Shown: positions 1-9,800 of the stretch, piece after piece
How positions within the stretch are numbered: position 1 is the stretch's first letter
How the letters are laid out: each line of letters starts with the position of its first letter
DNA from: an uncultured Bryobacterales bacterium
Lineage (GTDB): Bacteria; Acidobacteriota; Terriglobia; Bryobacterales; UBA6623
Direction: 5' to 3'
NCBI GenBank assembly: GCA_958295955.1
Contig: OY282420.1
Span: forward strand, 45,714-109,713
DNA: 64,000 nt
Made by a program: the position numbers and the translations under genes
The notes under the pieces: generated by a model
The model's input: the letters and a program-made list of their open reading frames with translations, nothing else
Database searches by the model: none
What the model was told of the DNA's origin: nothing

Positions 1-70
1 GGAATCGAAAAATGGGTGCAGCCGGAGGCGGTGCGAAAATGGGCGTTTCAACTATAGCGAGGGTGCAGCG

Positions 71-1114
71 ATGAATGCCGTAGTCGATCTTCGCAGCGAT
101 ACCGTGACGCGGCCCACTCCGGCCATGCGCCGGGCGATGTTCGCGGCCGAAGTCGGCGACGACGTTTTCGGCGAAGACCCCACGGTCAATGCGCTCGAAG
201 AAAGGGCGGCGGAAATCAGCGGCAAGGAAGCCGCGCTGTTCGTGCCCTCGGGAACGATGGGCAATCAGGCCGCGATCGCGGTTCACGCCGCGCCGGGCCA
301 CGAGGTGATCGCCGAAGACCGCGCGCACATCGTCCTCTACGAATGGGGGATGCTGGGCCGGTTCTCGGGCTGTCTGGCGCGGACAATTCCGACCGATGAC
401 GGACGGTTGACCTGGGCGGAGATACGCAAGAGGCTGCGCGGGCCGAGCGATCACTACCGCGGGACCGGGTTGATCGAGCTGGAGAACTCGCACAACCAGG
501 CCGGCGGGCGGGTCTATGCGACCGCAGCCGTGGAAGAAATCTGCGCCAACGCCCACGTCGCCGGCGTTCCGGTGCATATGGACGGCGCGCGTATCTTCAA
601 CGCCGCCGCTGCGTTGGGCAAGACCGTCCGCGAAATCGTCGAGCCGGTCGATTCGGTCTCATTCTGCTTGTCGAAAGGGCTGGGCGCTCCGGTGGGGTCG
701 ATGCTGGCGGGCGCGGCGGATTTCATCGCCGAAGCGAGGGAGGTCAGAAAAGCATTGGGCGGCGGCATGAGGCAGGCCGGCGTGCTCGCCGCAGCCGGTC
801 TGGTTGCTCTGGAGGAAAGTCCGCCGAAAATACCGGCCGCGCACGCGGACGCCAAATATCTGGCGGAGTCCCTGGCTGAGATCGACGGCATCGGCGTTAA
901 CCCGGCGGACGTAGAGACCAACATCCTTTTTTTCGAGATTGCGCAGACGGGACTGGACAACGCCGACTTCATCGCCGGCCTCAAGGCCCGCGGGGTATTG
1001 GCCTTGGGCCTCGCGCCCGGGCGCATCCGCATGGTTACGCATCACGATGTCGATCGGGCCGGCTGCGAGCGCGCGGCGCGGGCCGTGCGCGAGATTTGTT
1101 CGCCGGGCCGATAG
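71..1114 (+). CDS. ltaE: low-specificity L-threonine aldolase (PLP-dependent)
   Basis: 347-aa ORF with ATG at 71. N-terminus [40 protein letters not shown] and [12 protein letters not shown] (PLP-lysine region) are the hallmark blocks of GLY1/LtaE threonine aldolases. Confidence 0.85.
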   Translation: MNAVVDLRSDTVTRPTPAMRRAMFAAEVGDDVFGEDPTVNALEERAAEISGKEAALFVPSGTMGNQAAIAVHAAPGHEVIAEDRAHIVLYEWGMLGRFSGCLARTIPTDDGRLTWAEIRKRLRGPSDHYRGTGLIELENSHNQAGGRVYATAAVEEICANAHVAGVPVHMDGARIFNAAAALGKTVREIVEPVDSVSFCLSKGLGAPVGSMLAGAADFIAEAREVRKALGGGMRQAGVLAAAGLVALEESPPKIPAAHADAKYLAESLAEIDGIGVNPADVETNILFFEIAQTGLDNADFIAGLKARGVLALGLAPGRIRMVTHHDVDRAGCERAARAVREICSPGR

Positions 1115-1159
1115 GGAGTATCATTCTGCATAATGCCGTCGGGCGGCATCCTATTGGCA

Positions 1160-2434
1160 ATGGAATACGGCCGCGGCCCCTGTCTCTGCGCGGCGCTCCT
1201 GTTCGCCGGCTTGCTGAACGGCCAGGAGCGTTTCGGGGTCGGACCCGACCGCCTGTCGCACATCCTGGCCGGAGACCGCGCGGTTCTCTCGTCGGAAGTC
1301 GACCGCACCGATTTGCAGTGCCGGGTGGAGCCGCTTGAGCCGCGCATGGATTTCGAACTCAAGTTTCAAGCAGGGTACCTGATTCACGTTCCCATGGCGG
1401 AACTGGCTTCGGACGGCGACCGCCTGAGCGTGCTCTTTGGGATTCGGCCGCTCACAGCGCAAGCAGCCGAGGAAAAAGCGGACGCCGCGCTTTATTTCAC
1501 GCAGTATTTCGATGTGCCGCCGATCGAAGAAGGCGCCAAGGGAAGCGTAACCTTGCCCGGGCGGTACGTCCTGGGGCCGGGGCGGTATCGCATCGACTGG
1601 CTGATGCGCGACCGGGTGGGCCGGGTCTGTTCCGCGCATTGGGAAACGCAGGCGGCGTCTCTCGAAAGGTATGAGGAATTGGCGGCCGCGGCCACGGCGA
1701 ACACGATAGCCGCCAACCGGCGCGACATCTTCGTTGACGAACCGCCGGTGATGCGCAGCGGGAAGCGGCCGGCGCACGTGCGTCTTGTGCTCAATCTCTC
1801 GCCCCTGGAGCCGAGCAAGCCCAAGCTCAGCGAATACGATTTGGCGAGCCTGATGGCGATGATGCGGGCGCTGCACCGCGAGCCCGGCATCGGCCTGTTC
1901 AGCGTGACGACCATTCTGGCCGGCCGGGAAGAGATCGTTTACGATGCGCCGCGCCTGAGCCGTATCGATTTCAAGGCGTTGGGCGAGGCTGTCGAGGGCA
2001 TCGCCGCAGGCACGGTGGATTTTGCGGCGCTGCGCGACCCCGAAAGCGGCGGGCGGTTTCTGGCCGGGGTTCTCAATCGCGCCTTGAGTGGCGGCGAGAA
2101 CCACGCGGACGCCGTGATCGTTCTAGGCCCCAAGACGGCTCCGGACAACCGCATTCCGGAAGAACTGCTGGATATCGCCGGCAAGTATCCGCCGGTGTTT
2201 CATTTTGCGTACAACCGCAATCCGCGCAGCCACCCCTGGCGCGGGGCGATCGGCAATGCCTTGAGGCCGCTCGGGGCGGTCGAGTATCGGATCGCGCGGC
2301 CGAAGGATTTCGGCGCGGCGCTGACCGATTTCGTCCGACGCCTGGAGGGCGGCCATACGCCCGGCGCTTCGACTAATGTAGAGACGGGCGCCGTCGCTCC
2401 CGGCTGTTGCCGGAAAAGAAAGGAGTCGTTATGA
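1160..2434 (+). CDS. hypothetical secreted protein (no family recognised; C-terminal half vaguely VWA-like)
   Basis: Uninterrupted ORF filling the gap between ltaE and the sulfatase. Signal-like MEYGRGPCLCAALLFAGLLNG (alternative start 1133). Its TGA overlaps the sulfatase ATG (ATGA at 2431-2434), suggesting translational coupling. Confidence 0.5.
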   Translation: MEYGRGPCLCAALLFAGLLNGQERFGVGPDRLSHILAGDRAVLSSEVDRTDLQCRVEPLEPRMDFELKFQAGYLIHVPMAELASDGDRLSVLFGIRPLTAQAAEEKADAALYFTQYFDVPPIEEGAKGSVTLPGRYVLGPGRYRIDWLMRDRVGRVCSAHWETQAASLERYEELAAAATANTIAANRRDIFVDEPPVMRSGKRPAHVRLVLNLSPLEPSKPKLSEYDLASLMAMMRALHREPGIGLFSVTTILAGREEIVYDAPRLSRIDFKALGEAVEGIAAGTVDFAALRDPESGGRFLAGVLNRALSGGENHADAVIVLGPKTAPDNRIPEELLDIAGKYPPVFHFAYNRNPRSHPWRGAIGNALRPLGAVEYRIARPKDFGAALTDFVRRLEGGHTPGASTNVETGAVAPGCCRKRKESL

Positions 2435-3882
2435 AGCATCTTGTATCCGTTCTTTCGTTGCTGTGTTTTGCCGCCCTCGCCGCGGCCGCCGAGAGACCCA
2501 ATATCGTTTGGATTTTCGCCGAGGATCAGTCCGACCATTACGGGCCTTACCGCGCGACGCAGGCCAAGACGCCGAACGTGGACAAGCTCGCCGCCGAGGG
2601 AGCGAAGTTCACTCGGGCGTTCGTTACGGCGCCGGTTTGCTCTCCCTCGCGCTCGGCTTTGGTGACGGGCATGTACCAAACCACGATCGGAGCGCATAAC
2701 CATCGCAGCGGGCGCGGAGAGATCAAAATCGACCTGCCCGGCCACGTGCGTCCGACGCCGTCCATCATGCGCGAAGCGGGCTATTACGTTACGAACGGCC
2801 GCTTCAACAACGATGAGTCGCTGACGAAGGGAAAGACGGATTACAACTTCGAGTACCCGCAAGACCTCTACGACGGCGCGGACTGGTCGGGCCGGGCCGA
2901 CGGCCGGCCGTTCTTTGCGCAGATTCATCTTCGCGGAGGGAAGCACCGCAACCAGCGCACTCTGGAGAAGGTCGATACCGTGCATACCAACGGCATCGAC
3001 CCCCAAAAGGTCAAGCTGCCTCCCTATTACCCCGATCACTCGGACTTGCGCAAGGACTGGGCGCAGTATCTGGAATCGATCGAGCAGGTTGACTGGGAGG
3101 TCGGCCGCATCATGGCCCGCCTGGAGCGCGAGGGCGTTGCCGGCGACACCGTTGTGTTTTTTCTGACCGATCACGGCGTCAGCCATGCCCGCGGCAAGCA
3201 GTTCCTGACCGAGGAAGGAATCAAGGTTCCGCTGATTGTGCGCGCGCCCGGGCGGGTCGAGCCGGGACTGGTGCGCGAAGATCCGGTTGCGCATATCGAT
3301 GTCACGGCTTCTTCTCTTTACTTCGCGGGGATCGAGATTCCGCAGTGGATGGAAGGGCGGACGCTGTTCGGCCCCAACGCCAAGCCTCGCGAGTATGTTG
3401 TTTCCGCCCGCGACCGTTGCGACGAGACGGTCGAGCATCTGCGCAGCGTCCGCACGAAGCGCTACAAATACATCCGCAACTATTTGCATCAACGCCCGCA
3501 TCTTCAGCCCAACCGCTACAAAGACAGCAAGGCCGTCATCAAGCGCATGCATGCGCTGCACGCAGCCGGAGAACTTTCCCCCGCGGTCGACCGCCTGTTC
3601 TATGCGCCGCGACCGCCCGAGGAACTCTACGATCTTGAGGAAGACCCTTGGGAGATGAACAATCTGGCAGGCGACGCCGGGGCGAAAGACATCCTGATCG
3701 AGCATCGCGGCATTCTCGACCGCTGGATTCGAGCAACCGGCGACAAGGGGCGGCAGGTGGAATCCGAAGCTGTTTACGACGCCGACATGGCCGTGTATGC
3801 AAAGGGGCAGAAAGGCGCTCAGGGCGAGATTCTCCAACGCAACATCGCGCAGATGAAAGCCTGGGCGGCCGAGGGCAAGTAG
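2431..3882 (+). CDS. sulfatase (formylglycine-dependent arylsulfatase family), secreted
   Basis: AAGGAG RBS at 2420-2425, 5 nt before ATG 2431. Signal peptide MKHLVSVLSLLCFAALAAAA. PNIVWIFAEDQ and CSPSRSALVTG (C-x-P-x-R formylglycine motif). C-terminal ELYDLEEDPWEMNNL block typical of sulfatases. Confidence 0.85.
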   Translation: MKHLVSVLSLLCFAALAAAAERPNIVWIFAEDQSDHYGPYRATQAKTPNVDKLAAEGAKFTRAFVTAPVCSPSRSALVTGMYQTTIGAHNHRSGRGEIKIDLPGHVRPTPSIMREAGYYVTNGRFNNDESLTKGKTDYNFEYPQDLYDGADWSGRADGRPFFAQIHLRGGKHRNQRTLEKVDTVHTNGIDPQKVKLPPYYPDHSDLRKDWAQYLESIEQVDWEVGRIMARLEREGVAGDTVVFFLTDHGVSHARGKQFLTEEGIKVPLIVRAPGRVEPGLVREDPVAHIDVTASSLYFAGIEIPQWMEGRTLFGPNAKPREYVVSARDRCDETVEHLRSVRTKRYKYIRNYLHQRPHLQPNRYKDSKAVIKRMHALHAAGELSPAVDRLFYAPRPPEELYDLEEDPWEMNNLAGDAGAKDILIEHRGILDRWIRATGDKGRQVESEAVYDADMAVYAKGQKGAQGEILQRNIAQMKAWAAEGK

Positions 3883-3921
3883 CCCGTCTCGGTTCGTCCG
3901 CTTGCCGTGTAGAATTGGAGC

Positions 3922-4872
3922 ATGGCAGCGAAGGCCCAACCTACCCGTCGAGAATTCCTGCCGGCCGCGGCCGTAGCGGCGGCGATTGCAGGCGGCTGCG
4001 CCGAGCGGCAAACCGCTGCCGAGGCGGAGCCGGCGCCGCCCGGACGCCGCATTCGTCTGGGAGTCTCAAGCTACTCCTACTGGCATTTCAGCGAGACGAA
4101 GTATCCGATCGAGAAAGTGATCGATCATGCCGCGGCGGTGGGCTTCGACGGCGTTGAAATCCTGCACAGGCAGATGGAGCAGGAAGGCGCCGGCTACATG
4201 AACGCTCTGAAGCGGCGGGCGTTCGAGGCCGGACTCGATCTGATCATGCTGTCGATCCATCAGGATTTCGTGGATCCCGAGCCCGCCAAGCGGCGCGAGG
4301 CGGTCGATCATACGAAGCATTGCATCGACTTGGCGCATCAAATGGGCATTCCGGCGATCCGGCTCAATACCGGACGTTGGGGCACGATCCGATCTTTTGA
4401 CGAGCTGATGAAGGCGGAAGGCCAAGAGCCGCCGCTCGAGGGATACGGCGAAGAAGACGCCATCGCCTGGTGCGTCGAGTCCATTGGGCAATGCCTCCCC
4501 CATGCGGAGCAGGCGGGCGTGGTGATGGCGCTGGAAAACCATTGGGGGCTGTCCACCAACCCCGACACGCTGCTGGGGATTTACAGGGAAGTCGATTCTC
4601 CCTGGCTGGGGATCAATATGGATACGGGCAACTATGTCGGCGATCCTTACCCGCAAATCGAGAAGTTGGCGCCGCACGCCGACATCGTGCAGGCGAAGAC
4701 CTATATCGGCGGCGGCGTCTGGTACACGCTGGACCTCGATTACGTGAGAATCGCCCGAGCTTTGCAAGCCGCCGGTTTTCAGGGGTACGTCTCGCTCGAG
4801 ATGGAGGGCAACGCCCCGGCGGAGCAGGCCGTCGAGGAAAGCTACAGGACGCTGCGCGCGGCGTTCGGCTAG
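3922..4872 (+). CDS. sugar phosphate isomerase/epimerase (xylose isomerase-like TIM barrel) with Tat-type signal
   Basis: ATG 3922 preceded by TTGGAG. N-terminal [34 protein letters not shown] and similar blocks typical of the AP-endonuclease-2/xylose-isomerase-like TIM family. Confidence 0.75.
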   Translation: MAAKAQPTRREFLPAAAVAAAIAGGCAERQTAAEAEPAPPGRRIRLGVSSYSYWHFSETKYPIEKVIDHAAAVGFDGVEILHRQMEQEGAGYMNALKRRAFEAGLDLIMLSIHQDFVDPEPAKRREAVDHTKHCIDLAHQMGIPAIRLNTGRWGTIRSFDELMKAEGQEPPLEGYGEEDAIAWCVESIGQCLPHAEQAGVVMALENHWGLSTNPDTLLGIYREVDSPWLGINMDTGNYVGDPYPQIEKLAPHADIVQAKTYIGGGVWYTLDLDYVRIARALQAAGFQGYVSLEMEGNAPAEQAVEESYRTLRAAFG

Positions 4873-4917
4873 AGCCTTTGTTGCCTTTCAGTCGGCCTGC
4901 GGCGTAGAATAGGCGCC

Positions 4918-6201
4918 ATGTCCGCGCCCGCGCAAATTTCCAGACGCCGCCTGTTGCCGGCGGCCGCCCCGCTTTTTATTCCGGGCAGCGCCTTGGGCCT
5001 GGCCGGCGCCGTCGCTCCCAGCGACCGGGTCAACGTTGCCGGGCTGGGCATCGGCGGGCGCGGCGAGCGCGATCTCGAGTCGTTCCTGCTGCAAAAAGAC
5101 GTGCAGTTCCGAGCGATTTGCGATGCTCGCAACGAACGCCGCGAAGCGATCAAGTCGAAGGTCGACAAGCATCACGGCAACAGGGACTGCGCGATGTACG
5201 CCGACATGTACGACCTGTGGGCGCGCAAGGATATCGACGCCGTGCTGATTGCCACCGGAGACCGCTGGCATACGCTGCTTTCGATCCTGACCGCGAAGTC
5301 CGGCAAAGACGTTTATTGCGAGAAGCCGTGCTCGATGACGATTGCCGAGAGCCGCGCGCTGGCCGATGCCTATCAGCGGCTGGGCCGGGTGTACCAGGCC
5401 GGAACGCAGCGCCGCAACGGCACGAATTTCGAGTACTGCATCGACCTCGCCCGCAGCGGCAAGCTCGGAAAATTGCGGGCGCTGCACGCCAACGCGGCGC
5501 CGGGCGAGCGCTATACGCCCCTGACGACGCACGATTGGCTGCCGGCCGAGCCGGAGCCGCCCAAAAACGTTGTCGATTGGGAGCGCTGGCTGGGTCCGGC
5601 GCCTTGGCGTCCGTACAATTCGCTTTACGTCAAGAGCCGCTGGCGAGGATACTTCGATTTCCACGGCGGGGGGATTCTCGAATGGGGCTCGCATACCGTC
5701 GATCTCTGCCACGCCGCGGCCGGGCTGGATGAGACGGCGCCGGTGAGCTTCGTTCCGCAGCGTCCCGACGGCGTGACGCCGTACTCCATCGATTGCCGTT
5801 ACGCAAACGGGTTGGAACTCGTTATCCGCGATACCGGTTGGGACGGGCTGGGTGCCTGCGCCGCGCGCTTCGAGGGCGACGAAGGCTGGGTGCAGACGGG
5901 AGACGCGGGAATCGTCGAGACCTCCGACAGCCTGCAACGGTACCGCAAGACTTTCGACGACGCCCGCGAGGCGACGACGCGGCACGTGCGCGACTTCCTG
6001 GACTGCGTGAAGTCCCGCAAGGAGACGCGGGCGAACGCGCTGGCGGCGTGTCAGACTCACGTTGCCTGCCACGCCGCATACATTGCCTATCAACTCGGCA
6101 GGAAGCTGGAATTCGACCCCGCAACCGATAGTTTTCCTTTCGACGAAGAAGCGAACCGCATGCGCTCGCGGGCAATGCGCGAACCCTGGCGGTTGTTTTA
6201 G
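4918..6201 (+). CDS. Gfo/Idh/MocA family oxidoreductase with Tat-type signal
   Basis: SRRRLLPAAAPLFIPGSALG twin-arginine leader. Rossmann VNVAGLGIGGRG. The DVYCEKP (EKP) motif characteristic of the family. Confidence 0.8.
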   Translation: MSAPAQISRRRLLPAAAPLFIPGSALGLAGAVAPSDRVNVAGLGIGGRGERDLESFLLQKDVQFRAICDARNERREAIKSKVDKHHGNRDCAMYADMYDLWARKDIDAVLIATGDRWHTLLSILTAKSGKDVYCEKPCSMTIAESRALADAYQRLGRVYQAGTQRRNGTNFEYCIDLARSGKLGKLRALHANAAPGERYTPLTTHDWLPAEPEPPKNVVDWERWLGPAPWRPYNSLYVKSRWRGYFDFHGGGILEWGSHTVDLCHAAAGLDETAPVSFVPQRPDGVTPYSIDCRYANGLELVIRDTGWDGLGACAARFEGDEGWVQTGDAGIVETSDSLQRYRKTFDDAREATTRHVRDFLDCVKSRKETRANALAACQTHVACHAAYIAYQLGRKLEFDPATDSFPFDEEANRMRSRAMREPWRLF

Positions 6202-6224
6202 TTTTTGGGAAAGAGAGGCCCCGC

Positions 6225-6743
6225 ATGTTGAGACGCACATTCCTCGCCGCGGCGGTTTTTGCCGCGGCTGTCCGCAAGCGGCTGCGGGGGCAGTCCCGCG
6301 CCGAATTGAACCGAATGGCCGAGCGGCAGCTTGCCGAGACGCCCTACAAAGCGGCGGAAATCATGAAGCTGTACTCCGCGGACCTGGTCGCCGTTCTCGA
6401 AGACCCCGATTCCAGTGAGTTCATGAAGGCCAAGGCGTGCCAGCGGCTGGCCGTAGTAGGGGACGAGTGGACGGCGCCGGCGGCGGCGAGCCTGCTGAGC
6501 GACCCCAAGCTTGCGCACTATGCGCGCACGGCGCTCGAGGCGCTGCCCGGCCCTGCGGCCGACCGGGCGTTGCGCGAGGCGCTGGGCGCGCTCGAAGGCG
6601 GCTTGCTCATCGGCGCGATCAACTCGGTCGGTTGGCGGCGGGATCCCGAGGCGCTGCCGGCGCTGGCCGCCCTGCGGCGCGGCGGCGATACGGACGTTGC
6701 CGCCGCGGCTACGGCGGCGATCGGCAGAATCCGCCGGCCGTAG
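6225..6743 (+). CDS. HEAT-repeat protein, small, secreted or membrane-anchored
   Basis: ATG 6225 after a GGGAAAGAGAGG purine tract. Hydrophobic N-terminus, then repeated A/L-rich helical units (ALEALPGPAADRALREALGALEG, DPEALPALAALRRGGD) of HEAT/PBS-lyase type. Confidence 0.55.
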   Translation: MLRRTFLAAAVFAAAVRKRLRGQSRAELNRMAERQLAETPYKAAEIMKLYSADLVAVLEDPDSSEFMKAKACQRLAVVGDEWTAPAAASLLSDPKLAHYARTALEALPGPAADRALREALGALEGGLLIGAINSVGWRRDPEALPALAALRRGGDTDVAAAATAAIGRIRRP

Positions 6744-6816
6744 CGGCCTATGTAACTTTCGTTACGGGCCGCGGTTGCTCGCTCCCAGAGTTTGGCGTAG
6801 TATTCTTGAACTTGCC

Positions 6817-9800
6817 ATGAGAAACCGAAATTCCTCCCGCCATGCGCAATTTTTTACGCGCCGGATACATGCCGTAACCCGGCGATTGCTGGACGCCGCG
6901 CCCGCATTGTTTATCTGCGCCCTGGCCTGCTTGCTGCCGGTGTCCGCGGCGGCGCAGGCGCAACCGGAGACGGTGGACGAGGCGGAAGCGAAGGTCCTGG
7001 AGTTCGGGGCCGAGTTGCTGGCGCGTCACGGCATGACGCCCCGTGCGCCTGCCAAGGGCGCCGCGCCGCGAGCCGCCGCCCTCGACACGCTTGAGCTTGC
7101 CCGCGGCAGAGCCGAAGCGCTCGCTGCTCTGATCCAGCGGAACCCCGGCCGGGCGCTCGCCGCCGCTTTGCCGCAAGAGACGCTCGACGAGCTGCGGGCG
7201 CGCAGTCCGCAAATCGCTCCGTATCTCGAAGAAAGAGGCTCATGGGAAGGCGCGGCCGCGCTGTACATAGCCGACGACGTCGAGAAGCAGCAAGCTATCG
7301 AGTTCCACATTCTGGACACGCCGGACGGCAGCATCGAGGCTTACGGCATTCCGCGGGGGGCCTGGACCCGCAACGGCGACCGCGTTGCCGTCTCCGGCGT
7401 CTCCGTGCGGGGGCGCATCGCCGTGCAAGAGGCCCGCTTGATGGAGCCCGTTGCCGCCGCGGCTCCTTCTTCCCACTACGTTTACGACACAGCCTCCAAC
7501 TGCGACCCGACCGGGGAGCAGAAGACGGCCGTGTTCCTCGTTACCCGGCCCGGAGAAAGGAAACCGTTGACGGCCGAGGCGATCCGCGAGCTTACATTCG
7601 GGCCGGAAAGATCGCTGGACCGCTACGTGCGCACGGTATCTTCCGGCAGAGCCTGGCTCAGCGGCGAAGTGTTCGAAGTCGAGATCGGCCGCGGCGCAAG
7701 AACCAGCCCGAGTTATGAAAGCTTCGCGAGACTCGCCGCCGCGGCGGGCTTGGAAGATCTCGGGCAGTTCAATCGTTACGCCGCCATCGGCTACTCATTG
7801 ACTTCTTCCCCCATCTTTGCGGGGGTTTCGTCTTTGGGTTGCCGCTCCACACCCTACCCCGCATCGTACCTGCTGGCGAATATCTATGACCAAGCCCGCG
7901 GCGGCGAGCTGCAGACGGACGCCATGCTCGTCAGATTGTCGGAGCTTTTCATCCACGAGTACGGCCACAGCCTCGCGCTCGGTCACAGCCGGTCTATCCT
8001 GGCGGACGGAGAAATTCTGACGGCGGCGTCCGACGGCATGACCATTAGCGAATACGGCGACTGGTACGACCCGATGGGCAGAGGCGCCGAGAGCAGGTCT
8101 TTCAATGCCCGTCAACTGCTCGGTCTCGGCTGGCTCGACCCCGACGACATCGTCACCGTCGAAGGGGAGGGAACCTTTACCGTAAAACTGCTGGACGACG
8201 GCTCCCCTGCGGATTTTCCCTCGGCTTTGCGCGTTCTCCGGAGGGCCGGAACCGACGAATGGCTGTGGATAGAAGCCCTCTCTGACCACTCCGCTCTTGA
8301 AAAATACTCGTTCGATGGGACCTGGAAACCGGTCGTGGGCGACGTGGAAGGAGCGTTGGTCCGCGTCGAGAATCAAGAGTTGCGGGGCTCGCGCCCGGAA
8401 TCCACGCACTTGCTCGACTTTTTGCCTGACGACGAGCGTATCCACAACTACGAGCTTCCCGTCGGGAAGACGTGGAACGATCCTTATTCGTCCTTGTCGC
8501 TGACGGTGGAATCGGTTTCGCCGAGCGGCCTGACCGTGCGGGTCGAGCGCACGGCAAGCTGCGTGCAGAGCGTTTCCCCGGGCGCGTACGCCCACACCTA
8601 TCTCCCGCAAGAAGGGGTTTTCCAGGTGAATGCGCCGGCGGACTGCGCCTGGGAAGCGCGGTCGGGCTCCGCTTGGATAGAGATCGATCCCGCGAGCGCT
8701 TCCGGCATCGGTTCCGCGCAGGTCGCCTACAAGCTGCATCAGAATACGGGATATCTGCGCAGCCGCAGCGGAGTGGTGCTTATCGGCCGGCAATCGTTCG
8801 TTGCCGTTCAGAATCCCTATCCGAGTGCGTTTGCCAAGATCGCGGAGTTGTCCCCCGGACACGGTTCGGGCATGTCGCAGACATTCCGGGTCGTCGTCCC
8901 CGCTCCCAATAAAGCCCTTGCGCCCGAAGTGAACCTTGTTTTTCGAGACGGGGAAGGCGAAAGAGTATGTTCCTGGGATTACGCTCCCATCGGTTCGGCG
9001 TTCGGTCGCGGTCGTTCGCGCGACGACTGGGGCTGCGCTCTGGACTTGTCCCGGTCGCAAGCGGCGTTCGCGGACGGCAAGGCGGTCATCGATTTTCACG
9101 TGGTCTTTAACCGGAACGCGCGGGGCCGTTTGCAGGTCGAAGCGCAGACGGCATTCACCAACAACGGATCTGTAACCGTCGGTTCCGAGTATGGAACCTG
9201 GCTTGTCGGGGAGTCCGCGGACAACAGTCCCCCGGTCATCGAGAGGTTCTTTGCCTTTTCGTTCGACCTTCCCTACTTTTCGATTTGGGCCGGCGATCCC
9301 GACGGACTGTCCGACATTGCCGACGTGTCCCTGGATATCCGTTCCGCGGATGAGTCGAAGCAGTGCGGCGTGGCCTACAGTTTCGCCGAGAAAAGAGTCA
9401 CTCTTTGGGGCGCATCGGGAGTGCGGCAGGGGGCGTCGGACGGAGGGCCGCTCGAAAACGAGTACTGCACCGTGTTTCCGTCTCTGGTGAACGTTCTCAG
9501 GAGTTTCACTGGGGACATCATGTTCATCAGTGTGCGCGACGGCGCCATCGTTTTTTCGCCGGATTTCGCGGGGCCGTTAACCGTCCACGCGAGAGTGCTC
9601 GATTACGGGGGCATGTCGGACACGGCGGACGATGACTTCACTGATTCGCCTCGGGGATTCGGCCCGCCGGCTTTGCCGGGCTTCGTCTCCCCTGCGGTGG
9701 GAAGCGGCGATTCGCAGCGCTTCGAATGGACGTTGCTCCATGCCGAGGGCGGCGAGAATGCCGCATACGGAGAGTTGGAATTTGCTTCTGCTTCCGAAGA

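Noticed and set aside
2200-4011. Very long ORFs antisense to recognisable genes. Examples: 2200-4011(-) 603 aa, 7795-9099(-), 9841-11628(-) 595 aa, 17786-19675(+) 629 aa, 24189-25547(+), 30077-32047(+) 656 aa, 32284-34020(+) 578 aa, 51505-53451(-) 648 aa, 54532-55848(-), 60369-62003(+).
   Set aside because: All are Arg/Ala/Gly/Pro-rich with no recognisable motifs. Each lies opposite a gene with clear family signatures (sulfatase, zincin, amidohydrolase, pyc, anmK/AKR, lepA, HerA, carboxyltransferase, mutL). This is the expected stop-codon-poor antisense-frame artefact of high-GC DNA.
6511-6816. N-terminal extensions of track ORFs. Examples: 6511 for the zincin, 27594-27935 for pyc, 32144-32644 for the AKR, 34078-34206 for lepA, 34604-35427 for UDG, 39892-40281 for wzt, 43975-44163 for modA, 44487-44921 for modB, 45496-45588 for modC, 51214-51525 for HerA.
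   Set aside because: The extensions overlap the preceding gene or have Arg-rich junk composition. In each case a conserved family N-terminus or signal peptide begins at an internal ATG/GTG, often with an RBS or a start/stop overlap.
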